DNA of 64,000 bases, from the NCBI RefSeq assembly GCF_003991155.1, contig NZ_CP031293.1. One strand, 5' to 3'. The stretch is from Escherichia coli (lineage in GTDB: Bacteria > Pseudomonadota > Gammaproteobacteria > Enterobacterales > Enterobacteriaceae). The notes beneath the pieces are model-generated. The model had not been told where the DNA came from and ran no database searches. It saw nothing but the letters and a program-made list of their open reading frames with translations. Shown here one piece after another: positions 1-13,483 of the stretch (position 1 is its first letter; each line of letters opens with the position of its first letter). The position numbers were made by a program, and so were the translations under genes.

Positions 1-716
1 GCAACCGCAGCAAGTTCACCATTACCGGATACGACCGGAATGTTGACCTTGCCTGCAGCAACACCTTTCACGGTGATGGTCATACCACTGACCGACACGG
101 TGGCTTTTGTTTTATCCGCAGACACCGCACGGAAGCTCTTGTCGGTTGCGCCTTCCGGCTGGAATGCCACGGTCAGCGTCGTGCTCTTCCCTTTCACCAC
201 CGAGGTGCTGGCAGGCGTCACGGTCATGCCGGTTGCCGCTGTTACCGTGCTGCGATCTTCTGCCATCGACGGACGTCCCACATTGGTGACTTTCACCGTG
301 CGGGTGATCACTTCCTTCGCCGTCACCGCCTTACCGATACTGCTGACCCAGCCGCGGAACACATCGATCGTGCCGTTCGGGAAGCGGATTTTATAGGCAC
401 GGGTATCACCTTCATTAAACCACGCCAGCAGCGCCTGCTGCCCCTGCTCTCCGGGCATCCACGCCAGCGTGAAGCTGGTATCTCCGGCAGATTTCTGCCC
501 CTGTCCGGTCGCGGTCCAGTCCGCATCTTCATCATCGAGATAACTGTCGTCATAGGACTCAGCGGTCAGTTCGCCGGGCGTCAGGTCTTTAACCTTTGCC
601 AGACGCGACCAGTCATTGTCTGAAAGCGGGTTTGCATAAGGGTCGCCGCTCCCGTTATAAACCCACAGTGTGGTCCCGGCCCCTTTCACCGGTGCCAGAG
701 GATTTGGTGTTGGCAT
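1..716 (-). CDS. V: Major tail protein V (partial; gene continues past window start)
   Basis: Minus-strand ATG at 716-714; translation begins [20 protein letters not shown]..., matching recalled lambda gpV; no stop before position 1, so absent from the ORF track. Confidence 0.88.
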   Translation of the reverse strand, partial: MPTPNPLAPVKGAGTTLWVYNGSGDPYANPLSDNDWSRLAKVKDLTPGELTAESYDDSYLDDEDADWTATGQGQKSAGDTSFTLAWMPGEQGQQALLAWFNEGDTRAYKIRFPNGTIDVFRGWVSSIGKAVTAKEVITRTVKVTNVGRPSMAEDRSTVTAATGMTVTPASTSVVKGKSTTLTVAFQPEGATDKSFRAVSADKTKATVSVSGMTITVKGVAAGKVNIPVVSGNGELAAV

Positions 717-723
717 ATCGTCC

Positions 724-1119
724 TCACATTTCATAGGTAATGACATAAGTCAGATCGGCTGAACTCCACAGGCCCGCATCATCGTCGCGCCGGTAGTCAT
801 AGCCACTGGCCACCATACTGGTGATCAAATCTGACAGTGCCGGGATATCGCTCATCACCGGATAAATCCGGGACTCCATCCACGAATCCAGCTCTGAATC
901 CGGCACCTGAGCAGGCAGGAAAACTTCAATATGCAGCTCCGCCTGCCAGGTATCGCTGTCCAGCTCTTCGCCCGTGTATTCAGCGCCGGTGAGATAAACG
1001 GCAATTGCCGGAAAATCTTCCTCATCAAAAACAGCAGGGCGACCATCAAAAAGCGTCGCCCCGGTGTCATGCTTCTCCAGTGCATCCAGTACGGCTGCAC
1101 GGAGTTCAGTATGTTTCAT
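724..1119 (-). CDS. U: Tail terminator protein U
   Basis: 131 aa, same length and sequence as recalled lambda gpU; position between V and Z. Confidence 0.9.
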   Translation of the reverse strand: MKHTELRAAVLDALEKHDTGATLFDGRPAVFDEEDFPAIAVYLTGAEYTGEELDSDTWQAELHIEVFLPAQVPDSELDSWMESRIYPVMSDIPALSDLITSMVASGYDYRRDDDAGLWSSADLTYVITYEM

Positions 1120-1694
1120 CGCTTTATTACCATTCTCAGTTGATGCTGCAGCGCATAGCCCAGCTCTTTCGGAAGACGCTCACGCCGTATCCGCTCAATA
1201 TTCTGTTTAAACGCCGTGGTCAGCGGCACCGCCATCGGGATTTTCACCACATCAATGGGGTAACGGTTTTTCCCGGCCACACGCTGCATGACATGCCACC
1301 GGCCATTTTTCAGTTGCTGAATAAACGCGCCGGGAATACGACGGTTTCCCACCACAAGCACGCTGCCGCCACCTTTCAGGGATGAACGCTGCCCCTTTTT
1401 ACGACGCCTGCGTCGGGACAGGACAACCCGCGCGTTACCCAGCCTGATTACGGGCAAATCCCCCCGGTTAACCTTGATTCTGGCCTGCGGATTTTTGACC
1501 GTGGCCCTTTTCAGCCTGGCCCTTTCCTTTACCAGTTTCCGGCGTACCTTTGTCTCACGGGCAACCTGTGACGCCGACTGCGATATCGCGGATGAAGCAA
1601 CGCGGTTAATGGCCATTGCGGCGGCACCGGGCACCGCCGTTCTGCTGATACGGCTGAGGTTTTCAACGGCCTGCTCAAGACCTTTTATGGCCAT
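1116..1694 (-). CDS. Z: Tail completion protein Z
   Basis: 192 aa, length and order as lambda gpZ; 4-nt overlap with U. Confidence 0.88.
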   Translation of the reverse strand: MAIKGLEQAVENLSRISRTAVPGAAAMAINRVASSAISQSASQVARETKVRRKLVKERARLKRATVKNPQARIKVNRGDLPVIRLGNARVVLSRRRRRKKGQRSSLKGGGSVLVVGNRRIPGAFIQQLKNGRWHVMQRVAGKNRYPIDVVKIPMAVPLTTAFKQNIERIRRERLPKELGYALQHQLRMVIKR

Positions 1695-1705
1695 ACATCC
1701 CCCTT

Positions 1706-2059
1706 TCAGCGGCGACGGTTAACGGCAGGCGGTACGCCCCGCCCAAGCCAGAGATGACAGCTTCCGCCATCATCCGGCGAAATCCGGTCTATCCAGAAGT
1801 TTTCCTCACCGATGGTCAGCGTGTCGCCGCGCCGCAGCTGCCGCACATCATCAGTCCGGACAAACAGGGACGGGCTGGAGCCTTCAACGCGCACGCCCTG
1901 TCCGGCATAGCTGATATTTTCAGGGTCATCAAAAACACCACGTATCACAGCACCGGACTGCTCACCGGATGTCATGGTGGCTGACGTTCCCATGTACCCG
2001 CGTATCGTTTCATCGGCGCGGGCAATGGCAGCATCGAACAGGTTATCGAAATCAGCCAC
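1706..2059 (-). CDS. FII: Head-tail joining protein FII
   Basis: 117 aa, matches recalled lambda gpFII (MADFDNLFDAAIARADETIRGYMG...). Confidence 0.9.
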   Translation of the reverse strand: MADFDNLFDAAIARADETIRGYMGTSATMTSGEQSGAVIRGVFDDPENISYAGQGVRVEGSSPSLFVRTDDVRQLRRGDTLTIGEENFWIDRISPDDGGSCHLWLGRGVPPAVNRRR

Positions 2060-2070
2060 AGCGCCTCCCG

Positions 2071-2469
2071 TTATTGCATTCTGGCCAGGCCGCGCTCTGT
2101 CATTTCAGCTGCCACACCGGCAGAGACACGGAACGCCGTTCCCGGCAGCACAAATGCCACAGGTTCATCCCGCGTGGCGTGAAGTGCATCAGTATGCAGC
2201 GTCACCAGTGCCACAACCGTGACCAGTTCAGCCGTATCCTGAATCACGGTATCCGGCTGCGCTGATACCACCTCATTTTCATGCCCGGTCAGCACATTTT
2301 CCCGGCTGAGAGGGGTGTCCTGACCGGCAGTTTCATCCGTGTCATCAAGCTCTTCTTCCAGCTCTGCCACACGAAGCGCCAGTTCTTCTTTCGTTCCCGT
2401 CAAACTGACATCGCGGTTCAGTTGCTCACCCAGCTCCTGAAGACGGGCAATCAGTTCATCTTTCGTCAT
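2071..2469 (-). CDS. FI: DNA packaging protein FI
   Basis: Track ORF 2071..2508; lambda FI-like sequence starts at internal Met (MTKDELIARL...), giving 132 aa. Confidence 0.85.
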   Translation of the reverse strand: MTKDELIARLQELGEQLNRDVSLTGTKEELALRVAELEEELDDTDETAGQDTPLSRENVLTGHENEVVSAQPDTVIQDTAELVTVVALVTLHTDALHATRDEPVAFVLPGTAFRVSAGVAAEMTERGLARMQ

Positions 2470-2510
2470 GAACTCCTCCACAGAGAGAAAATGGCCCCGA
2501 AGGGCCATGA

Positions 2511-3536
2511 TTACGCCAGTTGTACAGACACGAACTCATCAGGATCAGCCAGCAGCATCAGCGGTGCTGACTGAATCATGGTGAACTCACGCGCCGGATC
2601 GCCGGTGGTCACCCAGTTTTTCGGGTAACGGGCAGAGGCGTTAATGCCTTCGCGCTGTGCGTCCGCATCCTGAATGCAGCCATAGGTGCGCAGACCGCGT
2701 GCCTGAGTGTTCCCCAGCACCATCGTGTTGTCCGGCAGGAAGTTCTTTTTGACGCCGTTTTCCACGTACTGTCCGGAATACACGACGATGGCCACATCGC
2801 CATACATCCCCTTGTAGGACACCGCTTTGCCCAGGTCTTTCACCGCTGTCTCCAGCTCGGAATGAGAGCCGCGACGAGTATCCAGCTTCTCCTTGACGGC
2901 TTTGAAGGAACGGAACAGCGCCCAGCCTTTCGGATCAAACACGATGATATTCACCACTCCGCTGGCGTTCAGCGCGTAGGCTTCGATATCGTCGGTCGGG
3001 TCATACGTGGACTTGTCACGCTTGCTCCACTCCGTGCCGCCGGACTGCGTGATGTTGTTGGCCGCACTGCGGCCCATATCCACCTCAACCGGATCGAAAG
3101 CTTCACCGGTCATGGTGTATTTGCCCTTAAGCACGGCAGAAACTGCCTGCATCTCTTCGACCTGGGCAATGGCCAGCTCTTCGTCACGCATGTTCTGCAT
3201 AATGATGCGACGGCGGCGGTAAGCCGGGTCCGCCAGATTCTGCGGATCTTCATCCGGCAGGCGACGCAGGGTCATCTGCGGATTCACCTCATGCTTCGGC
3301 TTGACATATCCCGGCGTAAATTCAGAGGTGGAGCCGCCACGGGAGCGGATAACCTCACCGGAAACAATCGGCGAAACGTACAGCGCCATGTTTACCAGCC
3401 CCGGAATTTGTGAGAGATAGACTTTCTCCGTGGTGAAGGGATAGCTCTCACGGAAAAAGAGACGCAGAAACAGCGGATCAAACTTAAATTTCTGCTCATT
3501 TGCCGCCAGCAGCTGGGCGGTTGTGTACATCGACAT
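2511..3536 (-). CDS. E: Major capsid protein E
   Basis: Track ORF 2511..3563; lambda gpE-like sequence from MSMYTTAQLLAANEQKFKFDPLF..., 341 aa from that Met. Confidence 0.92.
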   Translation of the reverse strand: MSMYTTAQLLAANEQKFKFDPLFLRLFFRESYPFTTEKVYLSQIPGLVNMALYVSPIVSGEVIRSRGGSTSEFTPGYVKPKHEVNPQMTLRRLPDEDPQNLADPAYRRRRIIMQNMRDEELAIAQVEEMQAVSAVLKGKYTMTGEAFDPVEVDMGRSAANNITQSGGTEWSKRDKSTYDPTDDIEAYALNASGVVNIIVFDPKGWALFRSFKAVKEKLDTRRGSHSELETAVKDLGKAVSYKGMYGDVAIVVYSGQYVENGVKKNFLPDNTMVLGNTQARGLRTYGCIQDADAQREGINASARYPKNWVTTGDPAREFTMIQSAPLMLLADPDEFVSVQLA

Positions 3537-3591
3537 AAAAAAATCCCGTAAAAAAAGCCGCACAGGCGGCCTTTAGTGATGAAGGGTAAGG

Positions 3592-3924
3592 TTAAACGAT
3601 GCTGATTGCCGTTCCGGCAAACGCGGTCCGTTTTTTCGTCTCGTCGCTGGCAGCCTCCGGCCAGAGCACATCCTCATAACGGAACGTGCCGGACTTGTAG
3701 AACGTCAGCGTGGTGCTGGTCTGGTCAGCAGCAACAGCAAGAATGCCAACGGCAGCACCGTCGGTGGTGCCATCCCACGCAACCAGCTTACGGGTGGAGG
3801 TGTCCAGCATCAGCGGGGTCATTGCAGGCGCTTTCGCACTCAATCCGCCTGGCGCGGTTGCGGTATGAGCCGGGTCACTGTTGCCCAGCGGCTGGTAATG
3901 GGTAAAGGTTTCTTTGCTCGTCAT
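3592..3924 (-). CDS. D: Head decoration protein D
   Basis: Matches recalled lambda gpD ([27 protein letters not shown]...), 110 aa from internal Met. Confidence 0.92.
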   Translation of the reverse strand: MTSKETFTHYQPLGNSDPAHTATAPGGLSAKAPAMTPLMLDTSTRKLVAWDGTTDGAAVGILAVAADQTSTTLTFYKSGTFRYEDVLWPEAASDETKKRTAFAGTAISIV

Positions 3925-3933
3925 AAACATCCC

Positions 3934-5233
3934 TTACACTGGTGTGTTCAGCAAATCGTTAACGGCATCAGATGCCGGGTTACCTGCAGCCAGCGGTGCC
4001 GGTGCACCCTGCATCAGACGATCCAGCGCAGTGTCACTGCGCGCCTGTGCACTCTGTGGTGCTGCGGCCAGAATGCGGCGGGCCGTTTCCACGGTCATAC
4101 CGGGGGTTTCTGCCAGAACGCGCGCCTGTTCTTCGCGTCCGTGAGCCTCCTCACAGTTGAGGATCCCCATAATGCGGCTGTTTTCTGCCGCAACCGCTGC
4201 AGTGATCTGCGCGTTCACGTCCGGCTGCGCCGCGCTGGCGTTTTCGCCCTCCGTCGCTGGCACCACCTCAGTAACGTCAGCCTGCGAAGCAGTGGCTGAA
4301 ACAGTTGTTGATTGAGTCTCTTTGGTCATTCGCCCTCCTGAGAGACGGGATTTATGTGCATCCAGTGCATCACGCATGACGGTGATCGCATCGGTGCTGT
4401 TAACAAGTTCATCAGCCAGTCCGGCATCAATGGCCTCCTGACCGCTGTACACTGCAGCCTCGGTATCCAGCACAGCCTGCACAGACAGGCCGGTATATGC
4501 CGACACCTTCTGCGCAAACATCCGGCGGGTTGCGTCCATCCGGGACTGCAGTGTCTCCCGGACGTCATCCGGAAGATGGCTGTAAGGATTGCCATCCACC
4601 TTATGGCTGCCGCTGTAAATCAGCGTGATTTCCACGCCCTGTTTCTCCAGGGCAGCACCGTAATTACTGTGAGCCATCATGACGCCGATGGAGCCTGTCC
4701 GGGCGGTCTGCGTGACCAGACGCCGGGAGGCGGCACTGGCAAGCAGCTGACCTGCACTGCAGTTCATGTCGTTGGCCAGCGCCCATACCGGTTTTATGTC
4801 ACGCACACGGGCGATGATGTCAGCGCAGTCAAATGCCCCCGCCACCATTCCGCCTGGCGTGTCCATATCGAGCAGAATGCCGTCCACCATCGGGTCGCTG
4901 GCGGCCTGTTGCAGACGGGCGATAATGCCGTTGTAACCGGTCATCCCCGAGTACGGCTGCAGCGCCCGCGTCCGGCTGACCAGCGTGCCGGACACCGGCA
5001 GCACGGCGATGCCGTTCATGACCTGATAACTGCGGGCCTGTCGTGGTCCGTCATCATCACCGGATAATGCCAGCGTCGCGAGTGCCTCCTGGGCAGTCAG
5101 GCTGTCGCCGGACACCGCATCCGTCAGGCGGCTGATCCCAAGCTGGCCTGCAAGCGCACAAAAGAAAACCCGCGCATAGGCGGGTTCAAGCATCAGCGGC
5201 TCATTAAAGGCCATGCTGGCAATATGCGGGAGA

Positions 5234-5253
<20 letters not shown>
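3934..5253 (-). CDS. C: Head maturation protease / scaffold protein C (Nu3 nested in-frame in the 3' part)
   Basis: Track ORF 3934..5367; lambda C-like sequence begins VTAELRNLPHIASMAFNEPLMLEP (GTG start at 5253), 439 aa; overlaps B 3' end as in lambda. Confidence 0.85.
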
Positions 5254-8934
<3,681 letters not shown>

Positions 8935-8960
<26 letters not shown>

Positions 8961-9480
8961 TCAGCAACCCCGGTATCAGTTCATCCAGCGCGGCTGCTTT
9001 GTTCATGGCTTTGATGATATCCCGTTTCAGGAAATCAACATGTCGGTTTTCCAGTTCCGGAAAACGCCGCTGCACCGACAGGGGGATCCCGTCGAGAATA
9101 CTGGCAATTTCACCTGCGATACGCGACAGCACGAAAGTACAGAATGCGGTTTCCACCACTTCAGCGGAGTCTCTGGCATTTTTCAGCTCCTGTGCGTCGG
9201 CCTGCGCACGCGTAAGTCGATGGCGTTCGTACTCAATAGTCCCTGGCTGGAGATCTGTCTCGCTGGCCTGCAGCAGTTCTTCAACCTCCCGGCGCAGCTT
9301 TTCGTTCTCAATTTCAGCATCCCTTTCGGCATACCATTTTATGACGGCGGCAGAGTCATAAAGCACCTCATTACCCTTGCCACCGCCTCGCAGAACGGGC
9401 ATTCCCTGTTCCTGCCAGTTCTGAATGGTACGGATACTCGCACCGAAAATGTCAGCCAGCTGCTTTTTGTTGACTTCCAT
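8935..9480 (-). CDS. Nu1: Terminase small subunit Nu1
   Basis: 181 aa, N-terminal HTH region (MEVNKKQLADIFGASIRTIQNWQEQGMP) as lambda Nu1. Confidence 0.93.
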
Positions 9481-9657
9481 TGCTCATTCCACGGACAAAA
9501 ACAGAGAAAGGAAACGACAGAGGCCAAAAAGCTCGCTTTCAGCACCTGTCGTTTCCTTTCTTTTCAGGGGGTGTTTTAAATAAAAACATTAGGTTACGGC
9601 GAAGAAGAACGGAAACACCTTAAACCGGAAAATTTTCATAAATAGCGAAAACCCGCG

Positions 9658-9669
9658 AGGTCGCCGCCC
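9658..9669. other. cos: cosN cohesive-end site (cos region spans roughly 9480-9700)
   Basis: Plus strand AGGTCGCCGCCC is the reverse complement of the lambda 12-nt cohesive end GGGCGGCGACCT; located about 180 bp upstream of Nu1 as in lambda. Confidence 0.75.
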
Positions 9670-9868
9670 CGTAACCTGTCGGATCGCCGGAAAGGACCCG
9701 CAAAATGATAATAATTATCATCTACATGTCACAACGTGCATCTACGCCATCAAACCACGTCAAATAATCAATTATGACGCAGGTATCGTATTAATTGATC
9801 TGCATCAACTTAACGTAAAAACAACTTCAGACAATACAAATCAGCGACACTGAATACGGGGCAACCTC

Positions 9869-10063
9869 ATGTCAACGAAGAACAGAACCCGCAGAACAAC
9901 AACCCGCAACATCCGCTTTCCTAACCAAATGATTGAACAAATTAACATCGCTCTTGAGCAAAAAGGGTCCGGGAATTTCTCAGCCTGGGTCATTGAAGCC
10001 TGCCGTCGGAGACTAACGTCAGAAAAGAGAGCATATACATCAATCCAAAGTGATGATGGATGA
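9869..10063 (+). CDS. Small conserved lambdoid protein, YlcI/DUF3950-like, possible ribbon-helix-helix fold
   Basis: 64-aa ORF in the position of the lambda right-end small ORF and DLP12 ylcI; beta-strand-then-helix pattern (IRFPNQMIEQINIALEQKG). Confidence 0.55.
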   Translation: MSTKNRTRRTTTRNIRFPNQMIEQINIALEQKGSGNFSAWVIEACRRRLTSEKRAYTSIQSDDG

Positions 10064-10425
10064 ACATCCCGGTTTCTTCCACCATCGCACCGGAAAAGCG
10101 ACTATGAGGGTAACCCTGCGTCTGTCAGCACAGTAAAACCCGGTGTGCATCGTTTTTGATTATTCCCGCACACTCACGCAGAAGGAATTCCCCGTCGGGC
10201 TACGGTCATGGTTAATGCGGGAATACGGCGACGATACAGCGCAGCTAAAAGGGTAATAGACGGATAGACCGGTTTATTTCATTCCACAGGATTCTGAGTG
10301 TCCCCAACTTCCTCCAATAGTCTGAGCGTACACCTATATAGTTTTAATTTTCATCAATCCATTTAACTATCGTTTAATTGTTGTCACATAGGATTCTGCC
10401 GTTTTTAACAATGCAGGATAATAAG

Positions 10426-10719
10426 ATGAAAAAAATGTTGTTTTCTGCCGCTCTGGCAATGCTTATTACAGGATGTGCTCAACAGACGTTTACTGTTGGA
10501 AACAAACCGACAGCAGTAACACCAAAGGAAACCATCACCCATCACTTCTTCGTTTCGGGAATTGGACAGGAGAAAACTGTTGATGCAGCCAAAATTTGTG
10601 GCGGCGCAGAAAATGTTGTTAAAACAGAAACCCAGCAAACATTCGTAAATGGATTGCTCGGTTTTATTACTTTAGGCATTTATACTCCGCTGGAAGCGCG
10701 TGTGTATTGCTCACAATAA
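10426..10719 (+). CDS. bor: Bor lipoprotein (serum-resistance, lysogenic conversion)
   Basis: Track ORF 10378..10719; Bor-like sequence from MKKMLFSAALAMLITGCAQQTF (lipobox LITGC), 97 aa; antisense to lysis genes as in lambda. Confidence 0.9.
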   Translation: MKKMLFSAALAMLITGCAQQTFTVGNKPTAVTPKETITHHFFVSGIGQEKTVDAAKICGGAENVVKTETQQTFVNGLLGFITLGIYTPLEARVYCSQ

Positions 10720-10750
10720 TTGCATGAGTTGCCCATCGATATGGGCAGCT

Positions 10751-11212
10751 CTATCTGCACTGCTCATTAATATACTTCTGGGTTCCTTCCAGTTGTTTTT
10801 GCATAGTGATCAGCCTCTCTCTGAGGGTGAAATAATCCCGTTCAGCGGTGTCTGCCAGTCGGGGGGAGGCTGCATTATCCACGCCGGAGGCGGTGGTGGC
10901 TTCACGCACTGACTGACAGACTGCTTTGATGTGCAACCGACGACGACCAGCGGCAACATCATCACGCAGAGCATCATTTTCAGCTTTCGCATCAGCTAAC
11001 TCCTTCGTGTATTTTGCATCGAGCGCAGCAACATCACGCTGACGCATCTGCATGTCAGTAATTGCCGCGTTCGCCAGCTTCAGTTCTCTGGCATTTTTGT
11101 CGCGCTGGGCTTTGTAGGTAATGGCGTTATCACGGTAATGATTAACCGCCCATGACAGACAGACGATGATGCAGATAACCAGAGCGGAGATAATCGCGGT
11201 TAATCTGTTCAT
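10751..11212 (-). CDS. Rz: i-spanin Rz
   Basis: 153 aa, matches recalled lambda Rz. Confidence 0.92.
   Translation of the reverse strand: MNRLTAIISALVICIIVCLSWAVNHYRDNAITYKAQRDKNARELKLANAAITDMQMRQRDVAALDAKYTKELADAKAENDALRDDVAAGRRRLHIKAVCQSVREATTASGVDNAASPRLADTAERDYFTLRERLITMQKQLEGTQKYINEQCR
10810..10992 (-). CDS. Rz1: o-spanin Rz1 (embedded in +1 frame of Rz)
   Basis: 60 aa, lipobox VVGCTS and proline-rich PPPPPAW region, nested inside Rz as in lambda. Confidence 0.88.
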   Translation of the reverse strand: MRKLKMMLCVMMLPLVVVGCTSKQSVSQCVKPPPPPAWIMQPPPDWQTPLNGIISPSERG

Positions 11213-11685
11213 ACCTCAATCTCTCTGACCATTCCGCCCGCTTCTTTGAATTTTGCAATCAGGCTGTCAGCCTTATGCTCGAACTGACCATAACCAGCGC
11301 CCGGAAGTGAAGCCCAGATATTGCTGCAACGGTCGATAGCCTGACGAATATCACCGCGATCAATCATCGGTAAAGCGCCACGCTCTTTAATCTGTTGCAG
11401 TGCCACAGCGTCCTGGCTTTTCGGAGAGAAGTCTTTCAGGCCAAGCTGCTTGCGGTAAGCAACCCACCAGCGTGAAAGAAGTTGATAACGGCCTGCAGCT
11501 GTTGATTTGAGTTTCGGGTTTAGCGTGACAAGTTTGCGAGGGTGATCGGAGTAATCAGTGAAGAGTTCTCCACCGACAATAACGTCATAACCGTGGTTAC
11601 GTGTCGGTTGTCGCCCGTTATCCGTTCCCTCTGACCATGCCACCATATCAAGGAAAGCTTTACGCTGGGAATTTAGTACCTGCAT
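11209..11685 (-). CDS. R: Endolysin R (lytic transglycosylase)
   Basis: 158 aa; sequence recognised as lambda R-like (ends ...[14 protein letters not shown]). Confidence 0.92.
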   Translation of the reverse strand: MQVLNSQRKAFLDMVAWSEGTDNGRQPTRNHGYDVIVGGELFTDYSDHPRKLVTLNPKLKSTAAGRYQLLSRWWVAYRKQLGLKDFSPKSQDAVALQQIKERGALPMIDRGDIRQAIDRCSNIWASLPGAGYGQFEHKADSLIAKFKEAGGMVREIEV

Positions 11686-11688
11686 AAA

Positions 11689-12015
11689 TTACTCCTTAGA
11701 GCCACCAAACTTGTTACCGATTACTCTCATTGCAGCCCCACGAATAGCATCAACACCGATCAGCCCCACCCCACCACCAATGGCAACAGATAGTGATTTA
11801 GGCCATCCGACATACTCAAGAGCGGATGCAAAAGTCAGCGTCAGAGCGCCACAGAGTAGAATTTCGAGTGTTTTTCGCTTCCAGCCGCCACCACCGCCAA
11901 AATAGGCAATACGTAAACCAGCCATAACAATCGACATAATCACTGCGCCCAGCGGTGTGTCTCCACGCCACCAGCTCTGGACCAACTCCAGCCATGTATT
12001 TGGGTTATGAGGCAT
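11689..12015 (-). CDS. Holin (three predicted TM segments; not lambda S-like)
   Basis: 108 aa, three hydrophobic stretches and charged C-terminus, immediately upstream of endolysin; does not match recalled lambda S. Confidence 0.7.
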   Translation of the reverse strand: MPHNPNTWLELVQSWWRGDTPLGAVIMSIVMAGLRIAYFGGGGGWKRKTLEILLCGALTLTFASALEYVGWPKSLSVAIGGGVGLIGVDAIRGAAMRVIGNKFGGSKE

Positions 12016-12159
12016 TTGTAGTTATCTCTCACCTCGCTGATACAGCAGGTGCAAATTGAGGAAACATCATGTACCGCAAATCAGAAGCGGAAACGTCAAA
12101 GAAGCCGAGTCAATGGATAACTGCGGGATAGGCTAGGACCAAGGAATCCCCAGACCCAG

Positions 12160-12186
12160 AAACGACAAAACCCGCTCGATGGCGGG
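12160..12186 (-). terminator. Putative rho-independent terminator on minus strand (tR'-like, upstream of holin)
   Basis: Stem CCCGC (12171-12175) / GCGGG (12182-12186) with 6-nt loop, followed on the minus strand by TTTTGTCGTTT. Confidence 0.45.
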
Positions 12187-12306
12187 TTTAAGCTGTGTGG
12201 CGAAGTGAGCACACTTAACAGATTACGATATTTTTTGCGTACGCGTTAGTGTTTTGATAGAATTTTCAGCCACATAAAAATTCATTCTTATAATTCGGGA
12301 TATATA

Positions 12307-13170
12307 ATGGATATAACTTGTTTAGAATGTGGCAATGTTCTTGACGACCCAACTGTAGCTTGCGATAAATGCGGTGCCACGCCTCATGTTGTAGTGCTGG
12401 GCAAACAATCGTACTTTCCTATTGGTGCTGTAACAGCAAATCTTGAAAAAAATGATTCAAGAGCATTTGATTATCGATTAGGTGAAGTTTGGGATCTAAA
12501 AAATGAAGTCACATCTGAATTCATAACCAGAATTGAGAAAAAATTTAGCCGAAAAAACAAATTTCATAACTTCCTAGACTCAGATCACAACCCTTCATCC
12601 ATTCCTACGATCCTAAAAAAATACATTAATAAGAATAATGAATTCATTGATTTATCTAGAGCTATAATAGAGAAGCTTAAACATAATGCTAATAACGAAT
12701 CGAGAGTTGCCCAACTTCAGGGGGGGAGCGTTGTTTTCATCCACTATAAGTCTACCGAACCAGAGGATTTGGGGAAACTTCTAATCGTAATGGTTGATAA
12801 ACAAAGCGCCTATGACTTTGATTCGGATAAGTTGACCCCAACAAGATTAAATCCAATTAATACCGATGCCTTACGGCAGGCTGCGATGTTCGATTTAACT
12901 TTATTCGAAGCCAGTTATCCAGAAAACAAGGGTGACTCATATGTACATTTCTTGCAAGGTAAATCTAAAAGCGATTTTTTCAAAGACTCATTAGGTTGCC
13001 GACATGATTCGGACAATAAAAGAAGCATTCAGCAATTATTCAGTGCTATAGATATTTTTGCTAGTAAAAACTCACTCGGTCGTGTACTGCGTGATACTAT
13101 TGACAATGAAGTTAAATCCTTACTGGAAAAAAATCAAAAGATAAACACGGAAATAAGTCCGTTAAGATAG
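12307..13170 (+). CDS. AT-rich cargo gene 1: N-terminal zinc-ribbon protein of unknown function (likely frame-broken; see open frame 13128-13481)
   Basis: 287-aa ORF; N-terminus CLECG...CDKCG (C-x2-C / C-x2-C); visibly AT-rich; antisense to the phage late operon between Q and holin. Confidence 0.6.
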   Translation: MDITCLECGNVLDDPTVACDKCGATPHVVVLGKQSYFPIGAVTANLEKNDSRAFDYRLGEVWDLKNEVTSEFITRIEKKFSRKNKFHNFLDSDHNPSSIPTILKKYINKNNEFIDLSRAIIEKLKHNANNESRVAQLQGGSVVFIHYKSTEPEDLGKLLIVMVDKQSAYDFDSDKLTPTRLNPINTDALRQAAMFDLTLFEASYPENKGDSYVHFLQGKSKSDFFKDSLGCRHDSDNKRSIQQLFSAIDIFASKNSLGRVLRDTIDNEVKSLLEKNQKINTEISPLR

Positions 13171-13481
13171 AGGATATTTCAAAAATAATTGACTCATGCC
13201 TGACTGATTCACACAAATGTAAGGGAACGTTTGTCGATTTTGTTAATCTTAATGGTTTCCAGATTGACCCTCAATTTGAACCAACTCCTAAAGCAGCTGA
13301 AAGCGCGCTTACAATTGAAGTGGCAGATAACGACAATAATTTTAAGTTGAAAATAATGCGTGGAGCTATTGGAGACGAAAAGTCAAATAAGCCTGTAATT
13401 CTCACTGACAACAAATGCGAAATTGTGATAAAATTGAGTCAGGCAAATTATGATGAACTCAAAAGATATAGAGACAGCTAA
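13128..13481 (+). other. Start-less open frame (-1 relative to cargo gene 1) that probably encodes its C-terminal part
   Basis: Frame open from 13116 to stop TAA 13479-13481, about 115 protein-like codons, no long ATG-initiated ORF; begins at the A7 tract 13127-13133; ends 2 nt before the next gene's ATG. Confidence 0.5.
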
Positions 13482-13483
13482 TA

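Noticed and set aside
4354-5067. 237-aa plus-strand ORF, with similar long plus-strand ORFs at 2862..3413 and 7329..7805
   Set aside because: All lie antisense within lambda-like head genes (C, E, A) with Arg/His/Cys-rich low-complexity translations; artefacts of GC-rich coding sequence.
13171-13483. Possible independent small gene between cargo genes 1 and 2
   Set aside because: No start codon gives a long ORF in this frame; the open frame is continuous with the gene 1 frame overlap at the A7 tract, so it is treated as the frameshifted C-terminus of gene 1.
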